A stretch of DNA of 64,000 nucleotides from Lama glama (GCA_028534125.1 CM052817.1:26724001-26788000); one strand, 5' to 3'. Shown: positions 50,690 to 62,866, counted from the stretch's first letter. The notes: generated by a model not told the origin, from the letters alone. Made by a program: numbers and translations.

Positions 50690-50920
50690 TTTTTTCAGCA
50701 AATATTTTTTGCAAGGATCAAATAGTTAAATATTTTAGCTGTTGCAGGCCATCCAGTTTCAGTTCCAGCTACTCAAATCCACCATGAGGCACAAAAGCCA
50801 CCATAGACGATAAATTTTTACACTATATGCCAATAAAACTTTATGGACACTGAAATTTGAATTTCATTTAATTTTCAAGATTATTCTTGTTTTGATTTTT
50901 CTCCCCAAACATTAAGAATG
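50690..50920. mobile_element. MER58B-like hAT MITE
   Basis: aaatagttaaatattttagctgttgcaggcca...cagctactcaaatccaccatg...gccaataaaactttatggacactgaaatttgaatttcat. Confidence 0.78.
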
Positions 50921-50929
50921 TTATTCTAT

Positions 50930-51180
50930 ATGTTATTTATGAGTTTACGCCATATAAAGGCAAGAAGACATGTCAGGGAGTGATGTCTGCATTTTGGGTA
51001 GAGGCCCCTCCTGTGAAGGGGGGAAGAGGAACGGGGGTGGGGTGGGGTGGTGGGATGGAGTTCACAAGGGGCTTCAATTTTCTCTCTAATGTTTTATTCC
51101 TTATGTTTGGCTCATGCACACAGGAGTGTTTGGAAAAGTACCACTCTGTATGTACTGAAGTATATCAATAAAACAAAGTA
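50930..51180 (+). mobile_element. Old L1 (L1ME-like) 3' end
   Basis: cacaaggggcttc...taatgttttattcctta...atatcaataaaa. Confidence 0.5.
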
Positions 51181-52171
51181 AAGGCACATGAAATGAGCAC
51201 ATGAAACTATTTTTGCAGTAGTGACTATGTCGGTAAAAAATTAAAACAAACAAACAACATTTGCCCATGAAAAACCTATTTTAGCTTTTGAATCCACATA
51301 GAAGATTTTCCTCAGGATCTCAAGCACAAAGGACAAGGCACCTGGCTACAATAAATTCACAGCTCTTATCCAAAGCATCTTGATTTTACTTCTGCCTAAA
51401 GCATTTTCCGTTTTCCAAAACAGCACCTTTTGGTTAATTTAGCATACCAGCTGCTAGCATAACTCACAAAATGGCACATTTTTAAAGCAGGGAGCTACAC
51501 TAGGTCCCCAACAGTTGCTTTCTGAAAATTCTTTAGTGTATTATTGCATAACAGAGTAGTGTGACAAGGATCAAAAGATTAGAAATAATTTCAATTAACT
51601 CTTTCTGCTAATATAGGTAGAGGAATAACTATTGAGTTTTGCCTCAATTTCCAACAGAAAACAAAGTTAAAAGCAAACATCATTGACCAAAATTACAGAA
51701 CTTTAAAATGCTGTATGAAAGAATCAAAACATCACAAATGCTTGGTGGGAATGAAAAACTGATAATAATGTGAAAGGATGAGAGCATAAATTAAGCTATT
51801 TATAAAAACTCTTTGATTTAGGGTTTTTATATTCTTTTTTCTACCCAATCTCCAGCATCCTTCTGTCCTCTGTTCATATGTGTTTAAACTGCCCATGAAT
51901 TATATCAGCAAGTCTTTTGTCTGTCAGAAGGAGAATCTGTCCTTATAGGACTATCATACCAATGAGCTCACCATCCTTAAATTCAGCAAATAATTAGTAC
52001 TGATAAAAATTGTGCTCTATAACTAAAATAATCATTAGAAAAAAAAGTCTGTAAAGTTCAAACACCCCAAAAAAGAGAAAATAATAAGTTCAGCAGCAGG
52101 ACTTTCAGACCCAAATAGGGAGTACCACCTCCAACCCAGGAAAATGGGGATTAAGTTAGGCTGATCCTTAG

Positions 52172-52658
52172 CACGGCAGATTAAAAATGGCTGCAAATTC
52201 TTTCACAAACTCCTCCATTGAAAGGTGGGGTTTATGTCCCTCCACTTGAACTTGGGTGGGCTCTGTGCATGCTTTGATCTGAAAGTGACACTGTTCCAGC
52301 TTCCAGGGCCAGGCCAGAAAAGACTGGCAGCTTCACTGCCCTCTCTGGGTTCACTCACCCTTGGAGTTCCTGGCCAGCATGTAAGAAGTCCAACTACTCT
52401 ATAGGAAAGACCTTATGAAGAGGCTTGAGACTGTCCCTGCCAAGGCGCCAGGCATGGGAGGGAAGCCATCTTGGCTCCTTGGACCAGATTGACCATGAGT
52501 AGGATGTCACCAACAGATCCCTGTTGACACCTGTATCAGCATGAAGACTCTCCCAGCTCAGCTCTGCCTGAATTGTGAGAGATGACAGGTACTCACTGGT
52601 GGTTGCCTGACCTACCACCAGTAGGTAGTTTACTGTACACCAAGAGATAACTGGAGTC
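52172..52658 (+). mobile_element. MaLR solo LTR (MLT1H-like)
   Basis: ggcagattaaaaatggctgcaaattcttt...ctcctccattgaaaggtggggtttatgtccctccacttgaa...catgtaagaagtccaactac...agataactggag. Confidence 0.82.
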
Positions 52659-52954
52659 CTTGCATCATTCTGGAAACCAGACTAATAAAATCCCTCACTT
52701 AAAATTTCTGGTGGGGTGGCCTTCACCCAAAAGAAGGCATCTTAAGTGGTATTACTCTTGAAAGCAAAACTAGGCCCTATAGATGAAAGTTAAGAGAAAG
52801 AAGATTCCAGCTAAATGTAAGAGCTTCCCTGTAGGGTTTTCCATTCCTAGCCTGAAGTGTCTCACGGATGAAGCATCATGATGGTGCACCCATCACTGCA
52901 GGAATTCAAGGCCAAGATGGAAACAGGGAAGTAAGTACAGCAACAAAACCCTCC

Positions 52955-53100
52955 AAATATGGAGTCAGAAAAACTTGTGTCTGGATCCGTTTTGCTAGAA
53001 CCAGCTGTGTGTTTTAGGATAAACTGCTTAACCTCTAAGTCTATTTGCACATCTGTAAAATAGGAATATTAGTAACAGCAACTCAGACAGCTGTAATGAG
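52955..53100 (+). mobile_element. MIR SINE fragment
   Basis: tggagtcagaaaaacttg...cagctgtgtgttttaggataaactgcttaacctctaagtc...atctgtaaaatagg. Confidence 0.75.
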
Positions 53101-53609
53101 TGCCTAGCCCATTGGAGGCTCTCAGGGCACATATTTATCAGATCCTAACTATCACTAATGCTGCAGAAGCATTTCTGCATCGGATGGAATGTCGAACCAG
53201 AAAGCCCCTGTGGTCCAGTCCAACTGAAAACATGCTAGATGATTCCATGACCACCCATAGAAAGTTTGTTTGCTGAAAGCTAACTGGAAGCAGCCAAAAA
53301 CATTTTCAATTACAACTCAATCAAGTCAATGACATTCTCTTTCTGTTAGCTTGAGATCGTTTCATTTGTACTTAAGACCCTAATTATTTAAGCAGAAAAG
53401 AACAATGGATTTAATTCACGTGCCAAGAAAGTTTTGCTTTACTTGTTTGTTGGTTTGACATAATTAGTTACACAGCTTCAACCGTGGATTTATCATGTAG
53501 CTGGCTCACAGCTCTTCCCTCGCTTAGTGCCAACTTCCTTTGCTCCATTCTGTTCCTGAAGACTCCAAGTCCAAGTAGCACTGCCAACTCCAGGTGGCCC
53601 TGAGTCGAG

Positions 53610-53760
53610 GACAGGGCTTAAAGGAAATGGTTTCAGTTCAGTCACTCACTAGCCCTGTGACTTAGAGCAAATTAAGACATTTCCCTGGGCCTCAGCTTCC
53701 TCATCTGGAGAATGGGGATAATAGTGAATCTCTATAGAGATGCTCTAACAATGAAATAGA
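53610..53760 (+). mobile_element. MIR SINE fragment
   Basis: ctagccctgtgacttagagcaa...ctgggcctcagcttcctcatctggagaatggggataata. Confidence 0.75.
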
Positions 53761-54030
53761 CAAATGACTCTATATGGTTCAAATGTTGTCAAACAAAATT
53801 CCACTGTTAGTATTTATCACTTTTGCAGCTAAACCATGGCAGTTAATAAACCCCAAGACAACTGCCCAAATGAAAACAGAGAGAAGCAGCTCAGAATTTT
53901 AGACTCATCATTAGTCATTTTTCATAAAGCCACCTGTTTATTTCTTTCTGGAATAAGACAGTGTAATTTTAAAAATTCCTTTCTGCTGATTTCTTTTATA
54001 TTATTCCTAATTTTTAAAACATAAACTTTT

Positions 54031-54230
54031 GTGGGGGAGGGTATAGCTCAAGTGGTAGAGCGCATGCTTGGCATGCGTGAGGTCCTGGATTCAATCCCCA
54101 GTACCTCCTTCAAATATAAAAAAATAAAATAAACCTCCCCCTCATAAAGCTAAATAAATAAATAATAAATTTATTATTTATTATTAAATAACAAATAATT
54201 ACCTCCCCCTCATAAAACAAACAAAAAAGC
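54031..54230 (+). mobile_element. Camelid tRNA-derived SINE with duplicated tail
   Basis: Near-consensus head gggggagggtatagctcaagtggtagagcgcatgcttggcatgcgtgaggtcctggattcaatccccagtacctcc; TSD aaaacataaactttt (54016-54030) / aaaatgtaaactttt (54231-54245). Confidence 0.95.
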
Positions 54231-54239
54231 AAAATGTAA

Positions 54240-54730
54240 ACTTTTCATTTTAGTACAACATATATACAGAAAATGCACAGGTGAAGAGAGTATTTCTCAA
54301 TGAATTTTCACAAACTGAACACTGTGCCACTAGCACCGCCAAAGTCCTCATGTCCCCTTCTAGCACCATCCACCCAAGGTTGACGGCTATCCTTGACTTC
54401 AACATCATAGATTTGTTTGTCCATTTATGAACTTAGTAAATGGAGATCGTACAGTATATATTCTATTGGGTCTGGTTTCTTTCACTAAAAATTATGTTTG
54501 TGAGCTATGAGCATATTTTTACATGTAATAATAGTTGTTCACTGTATGTAGTATTCTATTAAATGAATAAATTACAGTTTTTAAATTCATTCTACTATTG
54601 ATGGATATCTGAGTTGATTCCAATTTGGGGATATTTTTAATGATGATGCTAAGGGCACTGTTAAACTTATATTTTGGTGAACATATGTAATTTCTGGAGT
54701 GGAATTGCTGGCTCATAAGGTATGCATGTT
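54240..54730 (-). mobile_element. Old L1 (L1ME/MC-like) 3' fragment, antisense
   Basis: caatgaattttcacaaactgaacac...gtctggtttctttcact...ttcattctactattgatggatatctgagttgattcca...ggagtggaattgctgg. Confidence 0.85.
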
Positions 54731-54969
54731 TTCTGATATAGTGGAGCCTCTTTTTGGCACCTGGGACTTACATCAGTGCTTACTTTACATTTGCCTCCCT
54801 GCTTCCAGGACCTCACTCCTCCATTTGACCGCCACACAATGAATCCACTTAGCTTTGTTAAAAACAGGACCAATCACGTGATTTGCTTCAAAACATTCTA
54901 TGATGTGGGAATGTCCCAGTTCCTAATACTATCGTAATCAAGGTCTTTACTGTTTGGCCCATGTTAGTC

Positions 54970-55260
54970 GTTTATTCATTTAATAAATAAATGTTTCCAA
55001 ACATGAGGCACCTCAAATCTGAGAGGAACACGCTAAAAAAGTAACAGCAATATAAGACAAGACATCCCAGAGCCAAGTTCAGGAGGAATCCAGAGGATCT
55101 GAGAAGATTCAAGAGGAGGAATGATTTGAGCTGATGCTAAGAAAAGATGGAGGGAGAAGTAAAGGACTGTCAAAGGAACAATATGTTGTAGTGAAAAAGC
55201 ACATGCATCCAGGGAGGAGGCAAGCATGTCTGATGTGACAACTACATGGGGTACTGATGT
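54970..55260 (-). mobile_element. L2 fragment
   Basis: tttattcatttaataaataaatg...gaggaggaatgatttgagctga...agggaggaggcaagcatg. Confidence 0.5.
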
Positions 55261-55834
55261 GTACAAGCCAGCTATGAGGCTGGCGTGTAGACTGAAGCTG
55301 AGTTTTGAACTGCCCAGTACAGTGTTCAAATCCTCCATGCAAGCCCCAATTTCTCAATATGTATGACACCCACTGCTGATGTGCAAGCTGCTTTTAGCTA
55401 GTAATGAGTGAAGGCATTTCATTTTAATGGTTTGGTTTATTGAAATGTGCATTAGAAAAACACTGGTTTTCCAGTGAAGGTAGGAAGATAAAGTTCCGAT
55501 ATATGTATGTAAGCAAAACAAGAGTTGATTTCAAGAAAATATGAATTAAATGATGATACAGGTGAAATATATGTGAGGGAAAATTGTACACGTAAATAAG
55601 AAATGGTTAGTATTGGGAACCTAACATAGAAAGATGGAGAATGAGGGGCAGTTTTCAAATAGGAGAATGATGCAGGCAGTGTGTCTTTTACGAGGACAAC
55701 TGCTGAGTCCAAGACAGCCAGTCACTGGCCCCCTCTGTCACGCTCTCCTGTACCCCACTTGCCCTTTAACTCACCGAGACAGTTCCACAGACTAGGCTTG
55801 CCTTGCCCCACGACCCTCCCTTCATGGCATAGCT

Positions 55835-55995
55835 AGGTGGTTGAGTGATGAACTTCAAAACCAGACTGCCAGGATTTGGACCCCAGCTCTCCACTTACTG
55901 GTCGGTAACCTGGGCAAATTGTCTTTCTGCCTCATATGCCACTTCACTGGGTAGCAATGAGGACTCAGAATGTGCCTGGCATTCAGTACATATGT
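55835..55995 (+). mobile_element. MIR SINE
   Basis: gtggttgag...ccagactgccaggatttggaccccagctctccacttactgg...gtgcctggcattcagta. Confidence 0.75.
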
Positions 55996-56079
55996 TAATT
56001 TAAATGATGGGTTTTATCTGCCCTAAAATGTACACTCCCTTTGATGCCTTGCAAAAACCAGATTTTTCAGAATCCAGCT

Positions 56080-56524
56080 GAAACCAAATGTCCACCAACT
56101 GATGACTAACTAGGTAAACAAAATGTGGTCTATCCATACAATGGAATATTTTCCACCATAAAATGAAATGAAGTGCTGACATGTGCTGCAACACAGATGA
56201 ACCTTGAAAACATATACACTAAGTGAAACAAGCCAGACACAAAGGCCACATATCATGTGATTCTGTGTATATAAAATGTCCAGAATAGGCAAACCTATAG
56301 ATACGGAAAGTAGATTAGTGGTTACCAGTGGGTGGGAGAAAGGGAGATGGAGAGTGACTGTTTAACAGGCACGGGTTTTCTTTTTGGGGTCATGAAAATG
56401 TTCTGGAATTAGATGGTGGTGATGATTGCACAACTCTGTGAACACACTAAAAACCACAGAATTTGACACTTAAAAAATGGTGACATTTATGACATGCGAA
56501 TTATATCTCAAACAACAACAACAA
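56080..56524 (+). mobile_element. L1MB-like 3' fragment with TSD
   Basis: aaccaaatgtccaccaactgatga...gaaacaagccagacacaaaggccaca...gaattatatctcaa; flanked by aatccagct (56071-56079 / 56525-56533). Confidence 0.9.
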
Positions 56525-57794
56525 AATCCAGCTAAAAGACCCCTCTCTTCCCTGACTACCCGCTCCTGTGGTCTCCCTGTTCAGATCACAAGCATCATTA
56601 CACTACAGTAAGTTAGGGGAAGTCAGGTGTCCCCCCTGAAGGGTGAGCAGGTTGAAGGCAGACCAATGTATCAGAATGACCAGTACCCAGTAGTTCCTCT
56701 AGTAAATGCTCGCCAGTGGTAAGCAGAACATTACTACTTGAGGGAAGCGCAGGCTTGGAGAGTAATTTATATTCTCAAGTGCACAGGTTCTAAAGTACCA
56801 ACCCAGTAGCCAAAGATCTCATGCCCCTACACGGGGGCCCAACCCCTGTTGAGTATTAAGATTGTGTACAAAACAGCATAAAAAGCCCTTTCTTTTGCCA
56901 TCGAGATTGAAACAAGCTTAGACTTGGATTTCTTTTTCTCTCCTGTCAACTAGGCTTGTTTGTGCCGGGCAAACATGCAAATTCTGAATTCAGAGATTGT
57001 TGGAGCAATGACAATCTTAGCTCTGATAATCACTGACCTGCCAAAGCTGCTGTTAGTAAAGCAGGTACAATCCTAAGATCCTGGCATGGAAGCCACAGTC
57101 TGGGTGAACACATGTTATGAAGTAAACACAATGAGCAAAAATCCTGCAAACATGGCACCACTGAATGAAGCTGAGTGCCTTACATGTACATTCCTTACAG
57201 TCTGCCTGCTAATCCTACTGTCATCACTGACTCGGAAAAACAAGATGATGTGGAACATGTGAACTATCTGTAGTGTTTGTAAACATTTCCAAACCTTTTT
57301 GATATCCACTTTTATTGGGGGAGGCAAGTGTGAAGTAGAAGGAAATCAAAACTTTAATTTAGAAGGCCTGGGTTAGATTGTGGGTTCCATGTGAATTAAG
57401 TCGTTTTTCCCAGGGAGCCTCAGAGTCCACCTCTGTCAGTTGGGGACTCTGAATATCCCACAGACCGTGCAAAGATGAAGAAAGCTAACGTGAGGAACAG
57501 CAGGTACCGAACTGCAGTATGGCTCAAGGACAATGGTGTGGAAAAATGCAGTCATATTACTAAAAGAGCTTAAAGGAAAGGCACAAAGACTTTAAGAAGT
57601 AGGAACCCAAGTGATTGTTCCTTCTTTTTCAGTTTCCATTCGTACACGCTTTGCCCAGGAGATAAAGTCCTTGTGATCTAGTTTCTTCCCTCATCTCTCT
57701 CTGGGGTCAGGGATTCCCGCCTAATTGGCAACTACCTGTTTTTCATAACTGAGCCTCTTTCGAGACTCATTCAAGAATCATATCTAGTCTAGAG

Positions 57795-57990
57795 CCAAAT
57801 TGAGTGGCTTTGAACTCTGGCTCTGCCCTTACTATGCAATCCTAGCCAAGTTATTGAACCTCTCTGTAGCTCAGTCTGCTGGTCTGTAAAATGGGGACAA
57901 TAATTGCATGTATTTTTATGTGGATTAAATGAGTTCATCTCTGTAAAGTGCTTAGAATAGGATCAGGCATGCTATTAACACAGGCTATTT
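57795..57990 (+). mobile_element. MIR SINE
   Basis: caagttattgaacctctctgtagctcagtc...ctgtaaaatggggacaataa...ggattaaatgagtt...gtaaagtgcttagaatag. Confidence 0.85.
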
Positions 57991-58040
57991 AAAAAGTGTA
58001 TTAAATTACAAGGAGTTTCCTAAAGTTCCCTCTTTCTCCC

Positions 58041-58540
58041 NNNNNNNNNNNNNNNNNNNNNNNNNNNNNNNNNNNNNNNNNNNNNNNNNNNNNNNNNNNN
58101 NNNNNNNNNNNNNNNNNNNNNNNNNNNNNNNNNNNNNNNNNNNNNNNNNNNNNNNNNNNNNNNNNNNNNNNNNNNNNNNNNNNNNNNNNNNNNNNNNNNN
58201 NNNNNNNNNNNNNNNNNNNNNNNNNNNNNNNNNNNNNNNNNNNNNNNNNNNNNNNNNNNNNNNNNNNNNNNNNNNNNNNNNNNNNNNNNNNNNNNNNNNN
58301 NNNNNNNNNNNNNNNNNNNNNNNNNNNNNNNNNNNNNNNNNNNNNNNNNNNNNNNNNNNNNNNNNNNNNNNNNNNNNNNNNNNNNNNNNNNNNNNNNNNN
58401 NNNNNNNNNNNNNNNNNNNNNNNNNNNNNNNNNNNNNNNNNNNNNNNNNNNNNNNNNNNNNNNNNNNNNNNNNNNNNNNNNNNNNNNNNNNNNNNNNNNN
58501 NNNNNNNNNNNNNNNNNNNNNNNNNNNNNNNNNNNNNNNN
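58041..58540. other. Assembly gap (500 N)
   Basis: N run. Confidence 1.
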
Positions 58541-58880
58541 AAAAAAAAAAAAAAGTCTAACAAAATTGTGGGAGTATTTTAGTGACATCAGTAGGACCCA
58601 AGGAAAAATTCCCAGAACCTTAAAAGAGTGAAGAAGACATTAAGCTCTGAATCCATGGCAAAGGGAAAAATACACTTTGCAGGCTTTTCTAGCAGGCTGC
58701 TGGTGAGCGCTTGCATCATAAGAGCAGAGTTCAATTCAGCTTTGTCACTGACCTTCTCCCTCAAATTCCTTCCCTGACCCTGAATCTTCAGAAATAGATG
58801 GATATTAAAAACTAAAAGGCAAGCACACTGTTTGCTATATAGGACTGCAGTGGTTGTGGAGAGCAAAGACTCACCTAGAA

Positions 58881-59094
58881 CAAGGTTTTAAAACCTTAGC
58901 AATTGTGACTTTAGGGTCAGATAATTGTTTGTTGTAAGGGGCTATCCTGTGCATCTTAGGATATTTAGCAGCATCGCTGGCCTCTGCCCACAGATTCCAG
59001 TAGCATTCCATCCCTCCCAGACTGTAGCAACCAGCAATGTCTCCAGACATTGCCCAGTGCCCCCTGCACAATCTCCCCCAGTGGAGAACCACTG
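58881..59094 (+). mobile_element. MER20 (hAT-Charlie MITE), full length
   Basis: caaggttttaaaacc...ggggctatcctgtgcatcttaggatatttagcagcatcgctggcctc...gtctccagacattgcc...gagaaccactg; hAT-type 8-bp TSD acctagaa / gtctagaa. Confidence 0.92.
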
Positions 59095-59586
59095 GTCTAG
59101 AACCACCAGTCTAGAACCACCTTGTATGTCAGCAATACTCACTATCTCAAATGGGATTCAGGAATCAAGAATCGAGTCTGTAAGAATTTAGTAAGATTTG
59201 TACAGGCCATCTAATCTAACAGTTTTCTACCTATGACTTAATGCCAGTCTAACCCATCCCTACCCCTCATCGCCATTTACTCCCACTACCTTAATCTTCC
59301 CTTTAGAAATTCTATGAATACCAACCTTCTACATTTTTGAACCATGAAAGTAAAAAGACTTAGAGAAATGTGGGGCTGTGCAAAACATGTCTAGTCCAGA
59401 ACCTCCCCTCCCTTCTATCCAATTTTAAAAGCAAGGAAATTGAAAGCTAGTAAGATGAGGTGCCACGTCCAAGGTCATTTGTCTGCTAAGCCCAGGGCAG
59501 ATCCTGGTAAGAAGACTGGTCCTGGTCCAGGGATTTTCCCCAACCCCTTAACTCATTAGGGAAGCCTTACAAGAATCTGAATCCTG

Positions 59587-59705
59587 TAGGGGAGGGTATA
59601 GCTCAGTGGCAGTGTGTGTGCTTAGGATTAAACCCAGGACCTCCATTAAAAATCAATCAATTAACCAATCAATCTAATTCACTCTCCCTTCCCTGCAAAA
59701 AAATA
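59587..59705 (+). mobile_element. Camelid tRNA-derived SINE with internal inversion and deletion
   Basis: ggggagggtatagctcagtggcagtgtgtgtgcttag-gattaaacccaggacctc-cattaaaa; 16-bp TSD aagaatctga(a/t)tcctg (59571-59586 / 59706-59721). Confidence 0.9.
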
Positions 59706-59721
59706 AAGAATCTGATTCCTG

Positions 59722-59885
59722 ACCACTATTTACCCTGGGGAAGCTGCTTGACCTGTTAGTCCCTCATTTCCACATCTTCTAGATGAGAATCATAGTAAGA
59801 CCTACTTCTTAGGATTGGTTCTATTGATTAAATAAAGTCATGCCTGGTATTATAGCAGGTGTTCCTTCAATGTCAGCTGTTATTG
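59722..59885 (+). mobile_element. MIR SINE fragment
   Basis: ccctcatttccacatcttctagatgagaatcatagtaagacctacttcttaggattgg...atgcctggtattatagcaggtg. Confidence 0.6.
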
Positions 59886-60869
59886 TTAGCCATTATTATT
59901 TTCTGTTTTTAACTTTCAACTTCAAACATTTAGTTATAGATAGCTGTTAAGCAATTACTCAAACACAAGCCTCCCTTTTTCTATGATTACTATAGGTACA
60001 CATATATAGTAGCCCTTCACCAAAGTATTTTTCTTATTGAAAACAGAATTGAAATAGATGTGAAACTTTCAGGTACTATATATCATTTTGAAAAGTGAGC
60101 CACCTTATGCAAAATCAAAAATCACATCATTTGGCCCAATTAAGCAATAATAACTTTGATTACACCTCGTGGGCTCCACTGGTGTTGACATACTAGAATG
60201 AAAAGCTGCAGCCGTTGACAGTTTCTATAGCTATGATTGCAAAACATTATCCATCATAACCTCCTACCTCCACCCACTCCTAATGGTTTAGGACTTTCTA
60301 AAACATTACTTTTTTGGACTAAAGTTCTCCATTGCTTCAGACCACAAAATAGCATCCTATTCCCACCAATTTGGAAATACATGCTCAATCTTTTTTTTTT
60401 TTTCTTTTTAGAATAACCACTAGTGGGGGAGGAGGGCTTACAGTGGTGGTACTAAAAATAAACCGCTAAGCTTCCATTCCTCCAAGCCCCAAAAGCCCTG
60501 TACCTTATTTGCTGTCATATGCCCAGTGCTTGCTCTAGAAGCTCATGGGTTTGCTAGAAAAAACAATCAGCCTTTCACAATGTAGTTTAAAGTGTCTGTA
60601 CTGGCTTCCAGTTTCCACTCACATAACATGTGGACCTGCAGCAGATCCTACCTAAAGTGAGGTAAGGAAGAGACAAGAAATATATTTGCATGTCCTAAAC
60701 AGATCTATTTATATGTGCCAATATTTACAGCATGAATTTGCATGCCTCTAACGGGTTGTTACTCACAGGGAAATCCACCGTATTTCATGCTGTACTATTT
60801 TCTTTTTATACTTTGTAATATGAGTCTTTGTCCATGCATGATTTACACTTAGTTTTCAACCTTTAATGT

Positions 60870-61045
60870 TATTTAATATGAACTAAATATATATTTATTA
60901 TGTATTCTATACTAAATATATTAAATATATTTGATTATCTTAGCACATACATACTTATACTATATTAGTGTATCAATATGTTAAATATAGAACACAAATA
61001 TCAAACATATATTTAATATGTTAAATATATAAATATAGAATTAAT
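60870..61045. repeat. AT-rich low-complexity tract with direct and inverted repeats
   Basis: aatatgttaaatata at 60975 and 61015; inverted arms attctata / tatagaat. Confidence 0.7.
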
Positions 61046-61339
61046 TTGGATTAGAAGATTCCTAATGGCTAAAACTGTATTTAAGATTTTTTAAGTTAAT
61101 TCACCCTAACCCATCCCCACCATCAGTTTCCTATACACTGTAGATGTTCAGTTATTGTTACAGAATTGTTTAGTCTATGTGATATACTAAAAAAAGGTCA
61201 CACCTTATCTATGCAAATTTGGACATAATGAGAACAAGAAATAACGAAATCCAAAATAGTTGCCTGTGAAGAAGTGCATCCTCTTCTTGCGGGAGGTGCT
61301 GGATACAAAAGGGAGACTTTCAACATCTCTTCGGGATGT

Positions 61340-62165
61340 TAAACAGGCATCTCAGTAAACATGCCCCAAACTGAACTCTTGATTCCCTCTGTCCCCCTCA
61401 CACCTGTTCTCCTCCAGTCTCCCCCATCAAACCCAGTAACTGCAGCCACAACCCTCACTCCTTCCTCCACACCTACATCTTGGTATTTCTCTCAGCCATT
61501 GATGAAACCCCTGCCACAGCTGAACTGAGACTGTAAAACAGGCAAGAGGATGCACAGAAGAAATGGCACCCAATTAACCAGCTTCTCTCCGCCTCCACTG
61601 TCAGCTTCAAAAAGGAACTCCTAATTTTCTCGCTTCGTCTGCTGCAACAGCCTCCCTGCAATCCAGTGCAATCCAGTCTTCACCCAGCAGTCAGTTACCT
61701 TTTAACAAGTAAATCATTTTTCATGGCTTCCCATTGGGCTCAGGAGTGACAAAACTCTTTCCCATGGTCTGGAAGGACCTACATTCTCTTGGACTCAGTT
61801 ACCCCCATGACCTCACCTCACGCCCCCACAACTCCTTGCTCACTGCAGCAACAATAACCTCCTTTACGTCCTTGAACATGCCCAGCTTTTTCTAGCCTTA
61901 GAACCTTCATAAATGTTACTTCTTCTAGCAAGGATCTTTCTTCCATCAGACACCTTGAGCATCACTTCCTTGGAGGAGCCTTCTCTGACCACTCTAGCTA
62001 AAAATCCCACCTTCTGTCATCTAGTACCCCTTAGTTCCTTCAGAGTACTGAATCCCATCTCAACCCCCAAAGAAAGCCCCATGAGGGCAGAGAACTTTTA
62101 TTCTCCCCTGCACACCTAGTACCCAGTGTCTGGCATGTAGCAGCTACTCAATAAATAACAGTTGA
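61340..62165 (+). mobile_element. L2 3' fragment
   Basis: aacaggcatctcagtaaacatgccccaaactgaactcttgattcc...catggcttcccattg...gtgtctggcatgtagcagctactcaataaataacagttga. Confidence 0.85.
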
Positions 62166-62588
62166 GTCTGTGTCTACTTTAGAAAAATACGTTTTTTTCA
62201 ATGTCTAGTTTGAACTAATTTAATTCATATTTATCTTTTTTTCAAGTGTACCTAATTACTAAGTCTTTATTTTGATAAATTTTTTCTAACTGATAAATAA
62301 TTACCACTAGCTCCACCTACATAGTATATTGTTAAAGTCAGGTCTAATTTAACATTTATATGCTATTCATTTTTAATGTCCCATTCAGTACATATAAGTA
62401 ATAAAATGATTTGCAGAAAGTACAAGAAATATTAGCAGATTGTTAGGTTTTTTAAAAAAATTTCTCAAATTGTCCAGTTACTATCAATCGTGATGATAGC
62501 CTCCGAATCAACTTTAAAAAATGAAAAAATACCGAAATAATTCTAAATCAGCCACAAGCCATTATCAACAATAGTCAGAAATAACTAA

Positions 62589-62741
62589 GAGGGGAAGGTA
62601 TAGCTCAGTAGTAGAGAACATGCTTAGCAGGCATGAGGTTCTGGGTTCAATCCCCAGTACCTTTATAAAAATAAATAAGTAAATAAGTAAACCTCCTTAC
62701 AACCCCCCCCAAAAAAAACCCAAAAATAAACTTAAAAAAAT
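62589..62741 (+). mobile_element. Camelid tRNA-derived SINE
   Basis: gaggggaaggtatagctcagtagtagagaacatgcttagcaggcatgaggttctgggttcaatccccagtacc; TSD aaataactaa (62579-62588 / 62742-62751). Confidence 0.93.
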
Positions 62742-62866
62742 AAATAACTAAATCCCAGGATCCTCATGTACTTTCAGCAGAATTTATATATTACTGCTTT
62801 TTCTTCCTTCCTTTCTTTTTTTTTTTTTTTTTTTTTGCAAAGAATCCTCCTGGCTTGTACACTCAC

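Noticed and set aside
54033..54108. tRNA-like sequences with A and B boxes (all nine copies)
   Set aside because: Where both flanks are visible they have A-rich tails and TSDs, and the stems are degenerate: SINEs, not tRNA genes.
59095..59121. gtctagaaccacc direct repeat after MER20
   Set aside because: A simple 14-bp-period duplication starting at the TSD; no sign of a separate element.
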